Assembly (NCBI GenBank): GCA_030141605.1
Contig: JAQGDQ010000288.1
Location: 70,621 to 134,620, forward strand
Length of the DNA stretch: 64,000 nt
Direction of reading: 5' to 3'
Source of the DNA: Tubiluchus corallicola
Lineage: Eukaryota > Animalia > Priapulida
A program made the translations under genes and the position numbers. Position 1 is the stretch's first letter, and each line of letters starts with the position of its first letter. Below are positions 1 through 14,355 of this stretch, in pieces. The notes under the pieces are model-generated. The model saw only the letters and a program-made list of their open reading frames with translations, ran no database searches and was not told where the DNA came from.

Positions 1-69
1 AGTATTTTGTCGGTGACACACAGAATTTTAAATTGAATTCGGACCTTTATCGGCAACTAATGTAACTCT

Positions 70-660
70 CTTAGAATGGGTGGTGTAATATGGCCATATT
101 TTCTAGTTTTCATAATGAGACGGACAGCAGAGTTCTGAATTAGTTTGAGTTAAAATGCAGCGAATCACCTGTTCAATGTTAATCGCCAAAAGTTACATAA
201 TTTTGATGTAACCTGAATATCTGAGTTCCGTAAACAGCAAATAATATTATTATAAGATTAATCAATCGTGTCACCCCAGATAAAGCGACATTTTTGTAAT
301 ATAACGCCAAGATAAGGAATTTGTCGAGCACTATAACCAGACAGTAACTTAAACAGTTTTCTAATGCAATTATTGTAAGTAACCTCCAATTACCGATATG
401 AATATGTAAAAAAAAATGGGCAGAGCAACGCTCCACATACACAAGTACAAACTGTTTTAAACGATTGAACTCGTTTAAATTTTCTGATCAAAATATTAAC
501 TCTAGCAGCTAATAAACATTTTTGAGTTTTCATGTCCTCATTATCAGTACCCGTTTCAGATACAATGTGACCAAGATATTTTTCACTAGAAGTAGGAATC
601 AATTTAGACGAAGAACAGTAAATGCTGCCAAATGTAGGAAGCTGGTACAATAGTGACAAG
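70..660 (-). mobile_element. Degenerate non-LTR retrotransposon (LINE) fragment, reverse-transcriptase C-terminal region
   Basis: ORF 390..719(-) contains SEKYLGHIVS...DNEDMKTQ...AARVNILIRKF...FKTVC, matching the KYLG thumb region of LINE RTs; frame is disrupted; boundaries approximate. Confidence 0.7.
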
Positions 661-1057
661 TTTTTTTTTTTTTTTACAGTTAATAGTAACATCGAATTCT
701 GCTGCGAGAATTCAAACAATACAAAAATATGAATTACGTCACATCAATTAAAAAATCCCAATAATCAAAAGCACGGCTTGTTAGACTGTTGGTGTTGGTT
801 CAGCATAGCGTGATTCGTTACTATATATCACGCTAAAATTAACTAAATGATTTCAGTATAATATTTATAATAATCTCACAACACATTGCATCTCAAGCCA
901 CTTGCTAAATTCTGTCACATCACTGTACATTTAATCCCCTAGTTCAAAGCCATAGCATGACATTCTATAAAAACACAGCACAATAACACACATTACATGA
1001 TGTGACACTACTTCATGACGCATTTATTACGTTATATTATATTATGTTATGTTATAT

Positions 1058-1140
1058 TATGTCATGTCATGTCATGTCATGTCATGTCATGTCACGTCAC
1101 GCCATGTCATGTCATGTCATGTCATGTCATATCATATCAT
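1058..1140. repeat. (CATGT)n pentanucleotide microsatellite
   Basis: Direct reading of gtcatgtcatgtcat..., grading into (ATATC)/(TTATG) variants. Confidence 0.95.
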
Positions 1141-1279
1141 ATTATATATTACATCATGTCATATGCAATTACAAAAATAATTAGTGGATATATGATTATA
1201 GCTTGATGATATAACATGGCTTTAGTGCCACTGTAGTGACTGTACTGGTTGAAGTGAGAAATTGATGACGATTGGTCAC

Positions 1280-1677
1280 TAGGGGTGAGCATTCTCTGCC
1301 AGGAAGCGAATTCGAATAGAATCGACTTTGGGTCTTTCGAATTCTTATCGAACCGAATTTCAGTATTTCGACTGCGAATCGTATTAGATTTGAGTTTGAA
1401 AGAGTTTCGAACAAGTTTTCGAACCACTAGTAAAAACAGTCCTACAAAGATCCTGCATAATATTCGATACTATTCTGCAGTAAACAACTCATAATTTACC
1501 TAAAAATTGTGCACAGAAGTATGTTAATTATATTATAGCGATGTTTCAAATGTTTTAATGACAAAAACGCATGTGGTTGAAATGCTGAAATTATTCGAAT
1601 CTATGCTTTTAAATTCGTATCGAATTCGGACTAAAAAGCTCGTTCGAATCGAATTCGAACAATCGATGCTCACCCTT
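1280..1677. mobile_element. Non-autonomous hAT-type MITE
   Basis: Termini TAGGGGTGAGCAT ... ATGCTCACCCTT; identical 8-bp flanks TTGGTCAC at 1272-1279 and 1678-1685; many subterminal TTCGAA/CGAAT motifs. Confidence 0.8.
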
Positions 1678-1902
1678 TTGGTCACACAGCCTTCTCTTTT
1701 TTGTCGGCCAGGCCAGCTACCTATTTCCAGTCACCTGGACGATCTTTCAAGTATCCGAAAAATCTTACATTGACCATTTCGCCTATAGTTGTCTCTTTTG
1801 GGTCAAAGAGGGCGTTGGAATGATATGTTACGACAGTTCGCACTTACTACAACCTAACTGGATTAGTTACATATACATATGCAGTCTGTTTTTCTTTTGC
1901 AG

Positions 1903-2050
1903 GGTTTGCTACGTAATGATTTTTGCGGGATTTATTCTCATACTCTTTGTTGCTTTGAAGTTGCATGAAACACCAGAAAATTTGATCTCTGGCGGTGGAC
2001 TCCTCTGCTTTGTTATTTTCGGTTTCTTGTTTTCCAGACATCCAACTAAG
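1903..2050 (+). CDS. SLC28A3: SLC28 exon A ([10 protein letters not shown]...FLFSRHPTK)
   Basis: ttttgcag acceptor, AAG|gtaatt donor, hydrophobic TM sequence. Confidence 0.88.
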
Positions 2051-5000
2051 GTAATTGTCAAACAGTTATAATAACACGTTAAGTATCGGTAAGTATTGTT
2101 ACCAACACAAATTAATTGTTTCCAACAACAGAACATAAGCTAAATACAAATTTAACGTTGATCTCCTTAATACCCATTAGGCTAGCTGTTAACATAAATT
2201 CAACGAAGCTCAAGTTACTGTAGAACATTTTTAGAAACAATATTTATGGTAGCATCAAAAAGTATTATTAAAGGCGTATAGTTTATCAATATAAATGCAA
2301 GAAAGTGAATTTTGAAGAAAAAATAACCTCAAACTAATTTACTCTGGAGTTTACTCTAGGCATGTTTCTACAGACATAAAGTTTCCAATGCATTTGGTGT
2401 TGAAACCGTAGGTAGGGGTTACTGGTCAAAACGTCCTTAAAGCAAAAGAAAACCCTCCACTTACATAAAACTTCAAAAATTCGTCTTGAAATTTTATATC
2501 ACTTACATATTGCCTTTTTGCATGCAGGGCTTGTGTCGTCAGCAACGCTGTACAAACTGTATAAATTTAAACTCTCGCGATGACCGTTAAGCGCAGCCAT
2601 TTTGATGGTAGGTCGTTTGAAACAAGTTTAGATAACATTGTATGAAGTTTTAAAAAATAGTCAGAGCATTCGTAGCACACGTGTTACTAACTAAGTAAAA
2701 TTTTAAGTTACTGTATCTTGTCAACAAGATTAAAAATACGTTTTTGGTTAGTGTGTGGCGCACCCTGGAGGGTAAGCCAGCGACATTTTACCAATTGGCA
2801 CGAACATTTTAAATTATTATTTCTAGTTACATGAGTCTTTCCAGCATGTAATGGAAAGTTTTTGGGACATAATTTAACATTTACTTTTCTTCCCAATACT
2901 GCGTGAGATTCAAGATGAAAGCAAACAAAATTTCTTTTTAATGCGAGTTCGATATATGCATAAAAATGCTGTAAAGTAATATATTTTCAAGACGATTTAT
3001 CTGAAACCTACTTCAGGTGCCATTTTTCTTGTTCTTTTAACTTTGTTGATATTGTAACGAATCCAGGGTCCAATACGGGTCCGTCTCAGCATGTATAGAG
3101 CGGCACTCAAGTGACGAAAATATATCTGTGATATACGTTTTGTCTTGCTTTCATATTTTATATTTTCTTGTAAATATTTTTAATATTTTTAATAAAAGGT
3201 ATATATTAAACCAGTTGCGCTCAATTTTTATGATTTTAAATTCGAAATTCTAAATAAGCATAAATTAATACTAAATAAACAAGGATAAACAAACACTTGA
3301 ATAAGTGATAAAATAAGTTTAATGAATGAAAAACAATCAATATTAGAAAATTCAGAAATGCAATACTTTTAGTTTGGCATTATTCAAGGTGAAACAGTAA
3401 TTCAAACTGAATCTTCAACAATTTCAAAAAATATTAAAAGCGTCCGAGCCCCGCATAACCCCCAAGTCACATCCAGTCATAACTGCCGCATTCTATGTCT
3501 GAACCCATTCCTCTTTTGCCATGGAAACCCTGAATAGTCTGAGAAATCCTGCTAAACGCATTCATGAATGACCTCCAGACTCCCTGCGAAAAATTCAATC
3601 TTCATTTGGGAGCCTATGCAGTACACCGGACCGCGACGCTGCTCTGTTTCATCTTCACACCATGGAACTCAATGGATCAAGTGAAGCTCTCCACCCCCCT
3701 CAGGTAGTAACTCAATAATGAGTTCGTTAGCAGATATTTCGGTTACTTCCATATCTGGTTCCTCTCGTTCGCTCTCATCGTTAGCAGCCTCGGTTGGTAG
3801 AGGTAACACGTGCGCCCACTGACGTGCCTTGTGGATCCTGTTTGTTCTCACCAATTTTGCTATTCGGCTTCTAACCCTCTTAAAAAAGCGGGGTCGTGCA
3901 TTCGAAGTTAGCTTCTCTATCTCCTCGTCCACATTGCAACCGCTGGATAGTGGTACAATATTTGTCCAGGTTACCTCACTGGGATTGAGCATCGGTCGAC
4001 GACTAATGAGATCTATCACCCTTGTCTTCAATCTTTTGAAGACGTCAGTTTCGGCCGTATCAAAGATATCGTCTTTATTTTGTGCGATTCTTATTCCAAC
4101 AACTCTGTTGCTGCTAAACAGCCTCCTGAAATACTCCATAGATCTCCAAAAATCAGGATAAAAAGGAATAATATGCGAGAAAAGAAAAAACTCTGCCGTT
4201 TACCATGAAACTTCAGAAATGTGTACGCGTCAGTAATAAGTATGACGAAAAACGCTGTTATGACGCAAATATTATAACATCACGCAATACAAACTCGTTG
4301 ATTAGTATTATTAATTATATCACTTTAAAATGGTCTAAGTTGTAACGAATCTAGACAGAAAGAGTCCTTTTTACATACAAACTCTTCTAAAAATAATTCG
4401 CATTATGTTTCGGAAGGAGTTTTCAATTCCCCGCGTAATTTAATTACCCTAACCCTAGCCCATATTCCTAACCCTAACCCTAACCCCAACCCCAACCCCA
4501 ACCTTGGGAATTGTAAATTTCAACCAAAGCTTCTAAAAACGGGTTAAACTAAAGTTTAACTTCAACTTAAGTTTTATTGCATTTTTGGTCTTTTTAAATG
4601 CTATGCAAAAGTACAACTGCTATACAATATCCAAAACATTTGGCTCCATCAGTTTGCCCTTGCACTGTTATTAAACGCACAAATCGTCTTGTTTAGGGTT
4701 TGAACTCATGCACAGTAACTCGTACCATCTGTACTGTTTCTGCTGAGAAAACAATGTTTATTCAGATTTATTTTGATGATAATTTAGAGCCAGTAATGCC
4801 AGTAAATGTCTATTAAAAACTACGAAAAGTTTTACTAATGACGGGAAAACGCTAAAGTCATTGTCACTGATAGTTGGCAAGTGAAGTCCTTATCGGACAT
4901 TGACGGTAATAAAAACTTTGTCGAATGTTTGAAACCTAGACAGATTAAAGGTCTCTTAATCTGCTGTTGACTTTAAACCAGTGAAGACCTTGTTACTGAT

Positions 5001-8000
5001 TTGAAACTTTTAAAGATCTTGTCAGTTGTCGCTCAATTGAAGTTGTTCCATAGTCTTATGTATAAACCAAGTAACAATATTCCATTTCAGTAAGCTCTTG
5101 GTTCATTGAATAGATAGAGATACTGGGGCAGTAACTGTGGCACTGCTTGAACGTAATGTCATCACCACCACCCAAAGTGCCTGCCTTCTCCCTGGAGAGT
5201 TCTGGTCCATTGCGGTTAAGCATTACTTATCCTTTAGTCTTCTCGGCTTTCAACCCTACTTAATGTTTGTCTGCTGAGTAAAGGAACTGAATGTTCTTAT
5301 TAAAGCAACATTTTAATAGAAGTTTAATAAAGTTGGTTCTTCCTGCCAAAAATTGTTTTTATATTTCATGCATTTTGTAAATATTCTAATATTTTTTATA
5401 AAGATTACACATTAAAATCACGTGTTGGATATCAAGTAATGGTATTTCAACATGTAATGTGTTTCTAATGTTTGTAATGCTTTATTCTGTTTGCTTTGAA
5501 GGGCTGTACAACAACACTGGCAACGAAACGACAACGACAGCAACAGCAACAGCAACAGCAACAACAACAGTAATAATAATGTTACTATCTTGTTGTACTA
5601 GATCATATGGAGACCAGTCATCTGGGGTCTTTCACTCCAGTTCATATTTGCTCTCCTGATTTTGAGGACCACACCAGGATACGTGGCGTTTCAATGGCTT
5701 GGTGACTTCTTCACCACATTTTTGGCCTTCACGGACGCTGGGTCTGAATTTGTGTTTGGAGCAAATTATGAGGACCACTACTTCGCGTTTAAGGTTAGCT
5801 ATTGCAAAACACTACGTAGGAAGTGCTTGTGTTATTGCTTATTGTTGCACGCGTACATTAGTGGGTGAAGACACGCAATGCCATAATTTATTAAATCAAA
5901 CCTGTCCTAGTTTATGTTTTTTTTATTAAAGATGAGGTTTAATGGAGGAAAAACCATACTATGGTATTGTGATCATTTCATTACTAATGTTATCCATCCA
6001 ACTAATATTTAATAAGTGATGCGCGAAATTCCAAGTAATGTAAAACTCCACTGGTGTCGTCACTACAATATAAATACACCTATAGCTTTATTGTTAGCTT
6101 CTCGCAAACAACAAAATTTCGAACGTTCATAACTGGGAAGGAACCAAGGAGGTTGCGCCATTTATCAGCAGTGGTGCTGCGCCACTTCACTTAGCTAAAT
6201 GACGTACGATTCGTAATTCCTACTATTTTGCTTACCCACGATTCAATGCATAATAAGAAGCAGAAATTGTTCCATAATGACTTCGCAGACCTAAATAACC
6301 TTGTCTCGTAGTGATGAGTATTTTAAGAAAGTCAGTTTCAATTTAGCTGCAGAATAGTATAGATATCTGTTTTTGAGTGAGCATGAGCTTTGTATGATGA
6401 TGATGGTGATGGTGGCGATGATAATGATGATGATGATGACGATGACGACGACGATAATGATGATGATGATGATGACAACAACGACGAACGTGATGTAATG
6501 ATGACAATGATGAAGATGATGATGACGACGACGACGACGACGACGACGACAACGAATCAATGACGATTATGATAATGATAAGGATAACGACGAAAATCTA
6601 ATGATCATAGGACGATGATGATGACGGTGACGACGATAATGATGATGATGATAATGACGATGATGCCGATGACGAAAATGATGATGACAATGACAAGAAC
6701 AATATTGATAATTAGACAATATAGTATAACATTGTACTAATATTGTAAACTTGTTATTTTTAATGGTCTGGCTACCGAATAAACTGATGAATGAATGAAT
6801 GACGACGACAGCGACGGCAATGATGATGATAACAAAACAAACGAATAGATGTCATTTGATTGTTCTTTGTTATTTACAGGTTTTACCAGTGATCATTTTC
6901 TTCAGTTCTGTAGTCGCCATACTCTATTATCTGGGAGTTCTCCAAGCGATAGTTAAGCGCATCGCTTGGCTCATGTCCTTTACCATGCAAACCTCGGCTG
7001 CCGAGTCACTGAATGCTGCAGGAAATATTTTTATTGGACAGGTAGCTGCCTTTTTACGGTTTCTTTTAAATTGCCACATTTGTTTGCCAGCCACACGTGC
7101 ATGGTGATCCGGAAGTGGTGCTGGCATAGCAGTGTGTAATTTTTTGCAGTTTGTTTTTACCTGTCTTTGGGTCAAGATTTCTTTTATTTGAAGATTTTTG
7201 TCTACGCAATACTTGGACGTCATAGACGTTTGATGATGATGACATAGTGGTGATCTGTGGTGTGATTATAAACATTCTCACAAAAAATTCTTAATCTTGC
7301 ATACATACATATAGTATTATAGTAAATTTCACCTAGTATTTCTGTAAATAAAATTTAGGTTGCTATTTGCAGTAACAACACTACAATAACACTTTGATGT
7401 TTATAGACAGAGGCACCATTGATGATCGCCCCGTATTTAAGTCTAATGACAAAATCTGAGCTTCACGCTGTACTAACGGGTGGATTTTCGACTGTCGCTG
7501 GTTCAGTTCTTGGAGCATACATCGGATTTGGTGCAAGTATATTATGACTTCTAAAGTTCTGTTATTTTAGTTTGATGAAACTTTACCTCACTGGCGTTTT
7601 ATATAACAATGATTTGACAAAATAGCAGAGCTCTTTCGTGACATTGCAATTTCTTGGGTTATTCACAAGACTGCTTTTAAATCTTAATAAAACGAATTTA
7701 CCAATTATTCGTAAGCAGGTGGCTTAATGTTCAAGTTCTTTTTCAAGAATGCATTGTTCGTGTTTCGTTTTTCTCCGTACCAACTAGAAACCATGCGGTT
7801 TGTAAGTCTAACGATGCTTTAAGACTAGAGCATTTTCTCTCGCAAGTTTTTGCACAAATTCTCTCTGAGAGTAAACTCGCAAGTTTGAATGACTAGGAAA
7901 TTTCTGTCGCTAATGACTTGGCAAGCTGTCTCGCAAGTCATTGCGAACTCTCAGAGAGTTTCTGGGAGTTACTTGCACAAGAACTTACGAGAGAGCTTGC

Positions 8001-11000
8001 CAAGTCGTTCACACTTGCGAGAGAGCTTGCCAAGTCGTTTACACTTGCGAGAGAGCTTGCCAAGTCGTTCACACTTGCGAGAACGCGCAATAAAATATAC
8101 ATAATTGTTTCAGTGAGACATAATTGTTTTTCTAACAAGCGCTGAAACTGCACATTTTGACAGTGCACTCGGCTACTTTAAAAAGTAATAATGTAATCTT
8201 CAAAAAACATCGCTTTATAAATTATATGGACGAAATAAATTACTCTTGTTGAAATTTAAGAGCGTGTTTTCTGATGTCGCTTGCTGTGGTGAACTGTGAG
8301 TTAACCACAAAAAACTGGCATCCTCGTGACACAAAAAAATGTTGCACACAAACATAATGGAGGGCATCTTAACATGTGGTATTTTCAACCCGAGTAACCA
8401 CTTACCCTGAATGATCATAGGCCTCGTTTGGGGTGATTTTTGTAAATTACCTAGGGTATCCTTTGTCAGTATCCTTTCTCATGTATCCCTCATGAAGAAA
8501 AAGACACAAAAGCTCACCAGGGCTAATTAACCTTTTTCTGTATTTTCAGGTAAGTGCCTCTCATCTTATCAGTGCTTCTGTAATGTCAGCACCTGCAGCC
8601 CTAGCTTTGTCTAAACTCATGTACCCGGAGACAGAAGAATCGCATACAAAAACCATAGACGATGTACAACTGCCTAAAGGGTGAACGTTTGCTTCAAGTT
8701 TTTTTGTGGTCAGGTTATAATTTTTTGATGGATGTACACCCATCATACCTGTTGTGCTAACAGAATTTGATGACATTGCTTTCGTAACAGTAGTAGTTTT
8801 ATTATTAATTCCATTTTTTCGTAAATATATTTGAAATAATTTCCTTTGGCAAACAGCAAATAAATGCTGATCAGGTTGCCTCAGGCTGTAAGACTTGCAG
8901 GAGTACAATTTGGCAGAAAAAACAAATCTTTCACTAAACGTACACAATTTTTCCAAGCATTAATTAAAGTAACTAAAACGGTTAGAATACGATGATGTTT
9001 CGTTCATAGCTTAATAAAGAACTACCAGAAGGAAAAACTGAAATTTTTAATTGTTTGTAAAAGTTATATTATATATTAATATATTACCTTTTACATTAAA
9101 AGGTAATGTCTTCATTTAATATAGGTTTGGTAGTCGTTCTTTCTCTCCACAAGACGGGTAGAGTTACTCTCCACAAACAACATACAAAGTGGCAGTTTAG
9201 TCTAGTTGTAGTCGTTTTAATTTCTGTAGAATTGTTTTCATTTGATACAATCCGATAGAATTATAATCTTATCAGACTATGACAAAAGAACAGCATTAAG
9301 TTAACATAGATGGGCTGTTTCGTCTAGTATATCAAATTATCAGTTTGCTTTAGCCTAGTATATAAGTATATATGCACACATACATTAAAAACTTAAACCA
9401 TGGCACACAATGTTAAAAATCTGTAACAAAAATTCACATAAAATTACATAAAAACGTTATATACAAAGTAAGAGCATTCGTAAACGCAGAAGTTATATTA
9501 TTGTTCCTGATAAAAGTACCTGCGCCCAGTGCAGCACGCAGTTTAACTTATACCGTACGACTATGACTACACCAATTAAATTTCTGAAATTTCGTGAAAA
9601 TATAAATGCCAAATTCGAGCATTGTAATTAGAATAGCATTGACGATTAAGGGGCATATAGCTTTAATTCAATTTTAACAGTTTTTAATTAAGTGTATATT
9701 GCTACCGTAGCCGTCTAACTGACATTATGGTAATGGTTGTCTTTGTTCTTTTGGTGTACTCTTAGCTCACTTTTAATCGTTTACTGCATAATAATTTTGT
9801 TGTGATTGTTCTATAAACAGGAGCCTACAAAAAAGAAAAAGAATTAAACAACTTAAACAACATTAAATATTCTTCATCTTTTGTTTCAGACCAGAACGTA
9901 ACATTGTCGAAGCAGCATCGAATGGAGCGTCCAACTCTGTCAAACTTGTAGCCAACATTGCAGTTAATCTCATCGCTTTCCTGGCTATCCTGGAGGGGAT
10001 CAATGCTTTATTGGGCTGGATAGGCGGGATGGCAGGATATCCGGAGTTATCCTTTGAGGTGAGGTGTTCTTCGCTTTTATTGGTACCGTTATCATCATCA
10101 TGATCGTCTTTGACATGAACACCTTGATTGCTTCTGATTAGGTTACTTTTATTAAAATTGCCATCGTTTTCATTGTTGTCATCGTCGTTGCAGTTGCCAT
10201 CATCGTCATCATCATTGCTATCGTCATCATCACATTTTAGCTGTACTGTGTTACATTTTTTTGCTAATTTTCATATGAATTTGCTAATTTTCTGCGTATG
10301 AAGAGTGAGAAATGTTGACATTTTTAAACTCACCATGTTCGCTATTTTTGTGCGTAGCTGAGGGTAACATCTGCTCAGAAATACCTATTATTTAACTGTG
10401 TAAAGTAATGGTCATTCGCAATTGAAGCTTTACCGCAGTTTAGAAAAAATGCTTAGAAAAATAGGCGTATGACAAATTCCCTCGGAAATCACACACAAAA
10501 CGTACGTTTTCTAGAATTTTAGCATAATCTGTATAAGTTATACAGTGCCGTCTATCTTGCTTTGACCGTTCCGCTATCTTGAACGTTCCGTAAGTTTAGG
10601 TGCAATTAAGCTATGTATGACAGATTTTTGTTCGTAATCCGGCCTTTGCCACTATAGGAAAGATTCAAGAAGTGTTTCTTTTTTGGCCACATAGCTGACC
10701 TCAAGTGGAAGAATAGAGAGACAGCCTAATCAGTGTTTGGAACATGTATTTGTTCCTCATCTACCTTATACCTACTTTTGCATCATCTACTTGTATATAT
10801 CATCTATTTTCTTTAGCTTCTACATGTATTTGCATCTACTATCGAAACATCTACTTTCATCTACTTAAATAAATAAAAAACAAAAAATTATTAATAAGTT
10901 CCTTTATCTCTTTTATATACATATAAAATTTTGCAAATTATACGAGATTCGAATATGTAATTTATAATTTGTGAAGGATCGGGTTTGCTTTTTAAGGGAA

Positions 11001-14000
11001 ATTAAAGTCTTCCTTGCCATTCATACATGCCAAGATTGAGTTCACGTTAATTATATCAGCAGAAGTGAACTGTTGATTGTTATTGCTTAGGTAGCAGCTT
11101 TTTACCTAATACCAGTATCTGTGTAAATTCTTCTGAGGGTAACAAATTCTGGCCCTAACGCTGATAATTTTATTCAAATGTTTAGTGCGAATATTTGTCG
11201 TTAGATGTCACAATTCGCTGCCTAGACTTCGCTTTCTTAGCAACTTGATAACAACGCGGCATAATAAATAACACGCCACAAGATGTTTAATAGAAGCTGC
11301 ACGACGCAACTAACACGCCACAAGACGTTTTATTGAAGTTGATCGCCCATATATACATTTTGGTAAGACTAACTTATTGGGGAGAGTTGGGAGTAGATCC
11401 TTGCTTCTTCAGTCAAGCAAATGTTGCCTCAGCAAGGGCTTATCCTTTCAACGATCAGCCCTTCACTGTTGTAAGTCACAAGGTGCATCGTGCAGCCAGC
11501 TGTGAACTGGAGACCCACAGAATAGGTAATAGAGGGTAAGCTATGATCTACACTGTGATGAACCCAGCTGTAACTGTGCATGCGCCCGTTTGCGAGACGG
11601 GAGCGACAGGTAGATCCGATCTCCGACTCAAACTTTTAATTTTTAAAACATAGGCTGCATTTCAGCCCAGACAATAGCGCCACTCGACGACATTTAGTTC
11701 TGAATGGAAGAAGATAGTGGCGATATGTAGCATTCGATCTCTGATGCCCGGTCATTTCATTTATTAATTTGTAACTATAGGCGTAAATTGTGTATAGTAC
11801 CGGTGGAATTTTCACTGGGCTTTTGCACGGAATAGTTCTCAAGACAAAATTGAAATTCCCGCAGGGCAGTTAGTTGATTGAATTTTAAATGTTTTGCTTA
11901 CTGGTAAAAATAATAGGTAAAAAGTTAATTACCGACCGCTGAGTCCAGGCAATGATGACATCACAAATTAACATAATTTTGAACAGCACAAACATTCTAC
12001 AAAGGTGTTGAACGTGTCTGCGAAAGGAAAATTGATAGTGCTGCTGCATTAACTGTGACTGCGATACACAAAAACTCTGCAAATTTTAAGTTTAAAATTC
12101 GAATTTCAAGTTTACTGTGCTCTCGAACGTGTGCACTACGTCACAACTGAACACAGTGCATATATGCTGGAACCGTTCTAACTAGCAAATGGCGAAATGC
12201 ATGTAACAGCGAAGAACTAGCCGCGCGAACGCCAAATTATCATTCTGTGGTAATAATTCTTTCACATTAGTCATTCTTGAAAAAAACAGCATGTCCCTTT
12301 CAATATTTTACAAAGTAGGTTGTTTTGAACTAAATTTGATGTTATTTATTATATTCTTTTTGTCAGTTCGTGGACATAATCTTAAGCCTTGAAAATACAA
12401 TAATTACTGAAAAAACTAATTATAAAAACTACAGTTTAAGATCGAGTCCGGTTTTCCTTTAACATTTTTCTCTCTCAGGTGATCTGCTCCTACGTCTTCA
12501 TGCCTCTAGCTTTTGTAATGGGAGTTGCCTGGGAAGATTGCGGAGAAGTGGCTGAGCTGATTGGACTGAAAACATTTTTGAACGAATTTATAGCTTACGA
12601 GAAACTTGGAGTATACATCGAAGAAGGAACACTGAAGGTAGGAGTCACGGTTTGATGTAGAAGTGCTCTTACGCTAATAATTCGTAGACGAATAAACCCC
12701 AAAAGAAGTAGGCTGACATTTCCAAGATGTGGCTTTATACCTGAGAAATATCAAAGAAAGACCAACCTGGTTCGTTTCAGCTTTTGTTCTTCCATGAATT
12801 GGCAAAACAATTTAATAGAAAGGACACACATTCAGCATGTTGGGTTTATTTACAAAAAAAACTATCTACAGAACAAAGTTAATTTGTCCTACCTCTGTAT
12901 AGTAGTAGAGTAAAGACGCAGAAAATTACGACGAAACTAGTGGAGTTTGTGACTCTTCATGGATGCCCCGTGGCTTTCCGTAAGCTTACCTAATGTTCAT
13001 GCAAAATTATTACAGAATCTAATTTTTTGTAAAAACTTTTGACGGAAATTGACAGTATGCTGCTCCTCTTCAGTCGATGTACTGGTGGAAGAATGGATAT
13101 TCAAAATGGGAGTCCCCAGTCTGAAATAATCGTGAGTTAAAAGTGAAATAGCAAGTTACACGAGGGATCTATTACACTTATATTATTAAATCCTTCTAAC
13201 ATTTTTCTATTATTAAAGCCCAAAAGGCTTAGCCTTTCCTTAAATTAAGCTTAATAACACAATTAAATTTTTAATGACAGGAATAATAACACTTAAGAAG
13301 AAACCCACTAGTTATAAGCGCGAAACTACCGCGGCAGTTTTACGCGAAGATAAACTGGAGCTTTAGCTTGAAACGTCGTGTTTTTTCATCACTTTCATTA
13401 TGTTTTTTTTAAAATAATTTAAGCTCAGATTCATTATATAGGTCCATGTTTTGTATGGATGTTAAACGAAGGTAAATAAATGAAAATTCCTTCTGCTAAT
13501 CAACAACAACATATTTGCAGTTTAGATAGTCAGAAAACGAAAAACATTCTATCATATTGATAATAATAATTAATAATTTAGTAAAACTTTATTCACGAGG
13601 TATACATCTGACAGCATTTAACAAAACTTTTATGCAACGATAATCAGAACAGTGACATCATTATGCAATGCACTACGCAAACAAAATACCCCGAGAAGTG
13701 GGTACAATTGTCAAACAGACAAACAAACAAACAAACAAACAAACAAACAAACAAACAAACAAAAAAGAACAGAACAAAACAATCAATACTGATATGCACA
13801 TTAATTAAATAAGCCAACTACGTAATACTAATAAATACAAGTGGTTTTCGACGTTCACTAGTCAGATTAAACTCGAAAGTTGCTAATACTATATAGACCA
13901 CAAGTACTTAGCACGTAGAACGTAGGTGTGATAATAACTATTGTAAATAAACCCGTAAACGGGTTTCATAGTTTAATGATCCTATCAAATTAGGTTTTCA

Positions 14001-14294
14001 TTTGATTTGTGTTATAGCCACGATCTGAGGTTATTGCGACGTACGCCATTTGTGGATTTGCAAATTTTGGCTCAATAGGGATCTGTATAGGCGGTTTGGG
14101 AGCGTTGGCACCGAGCAAAAAAAGTGACGTAGCGGAAGTAGCCGTCCGGGCCATGATAGCCGGAACGTGTGCCAGTTTCATGACTGCTTGCATAGCAGGT
14201 AGATGCATTTTGGTCATTTTTCTGCATTGTAATTGTTAAAGTAAAAAGAAAATCACTGCTCTGGCAAGTGTAGTATAGTGGTAGTAGTAGAAGT

Positions 14295-14355
<61 letters not shown>

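Noticed and set aside
3669-3671. Selenocysteine or readthrough at the TGA of the 156-aa ORF
   Set aside because: A TAG and another TGA follow in frame and I see no SECIS; decay is the simpler explanation
4446-4504. Telomere or chromosome fusion site
   Set aside because: Only a few degenerate units in one orientation; such tracts are common inside repeats
6291-6560. Poly-His/Ile/Ser ORFs (also 14072, 33919, 41145-41594, 1002-1206)
   Set aside because: Microsatellite translations
7988-8077. CRISPR-like 30-bp repeats
   Set aside because: Head-to-tail with no spacers, in a eukaryotic intron, no cas genes
8485-8525. Possible hammerhead remnant CCCTCATGA...AAAAGCTCACCAGGG
   Set aside because: Both core boxes are mutated and there is no stem II; not supportable
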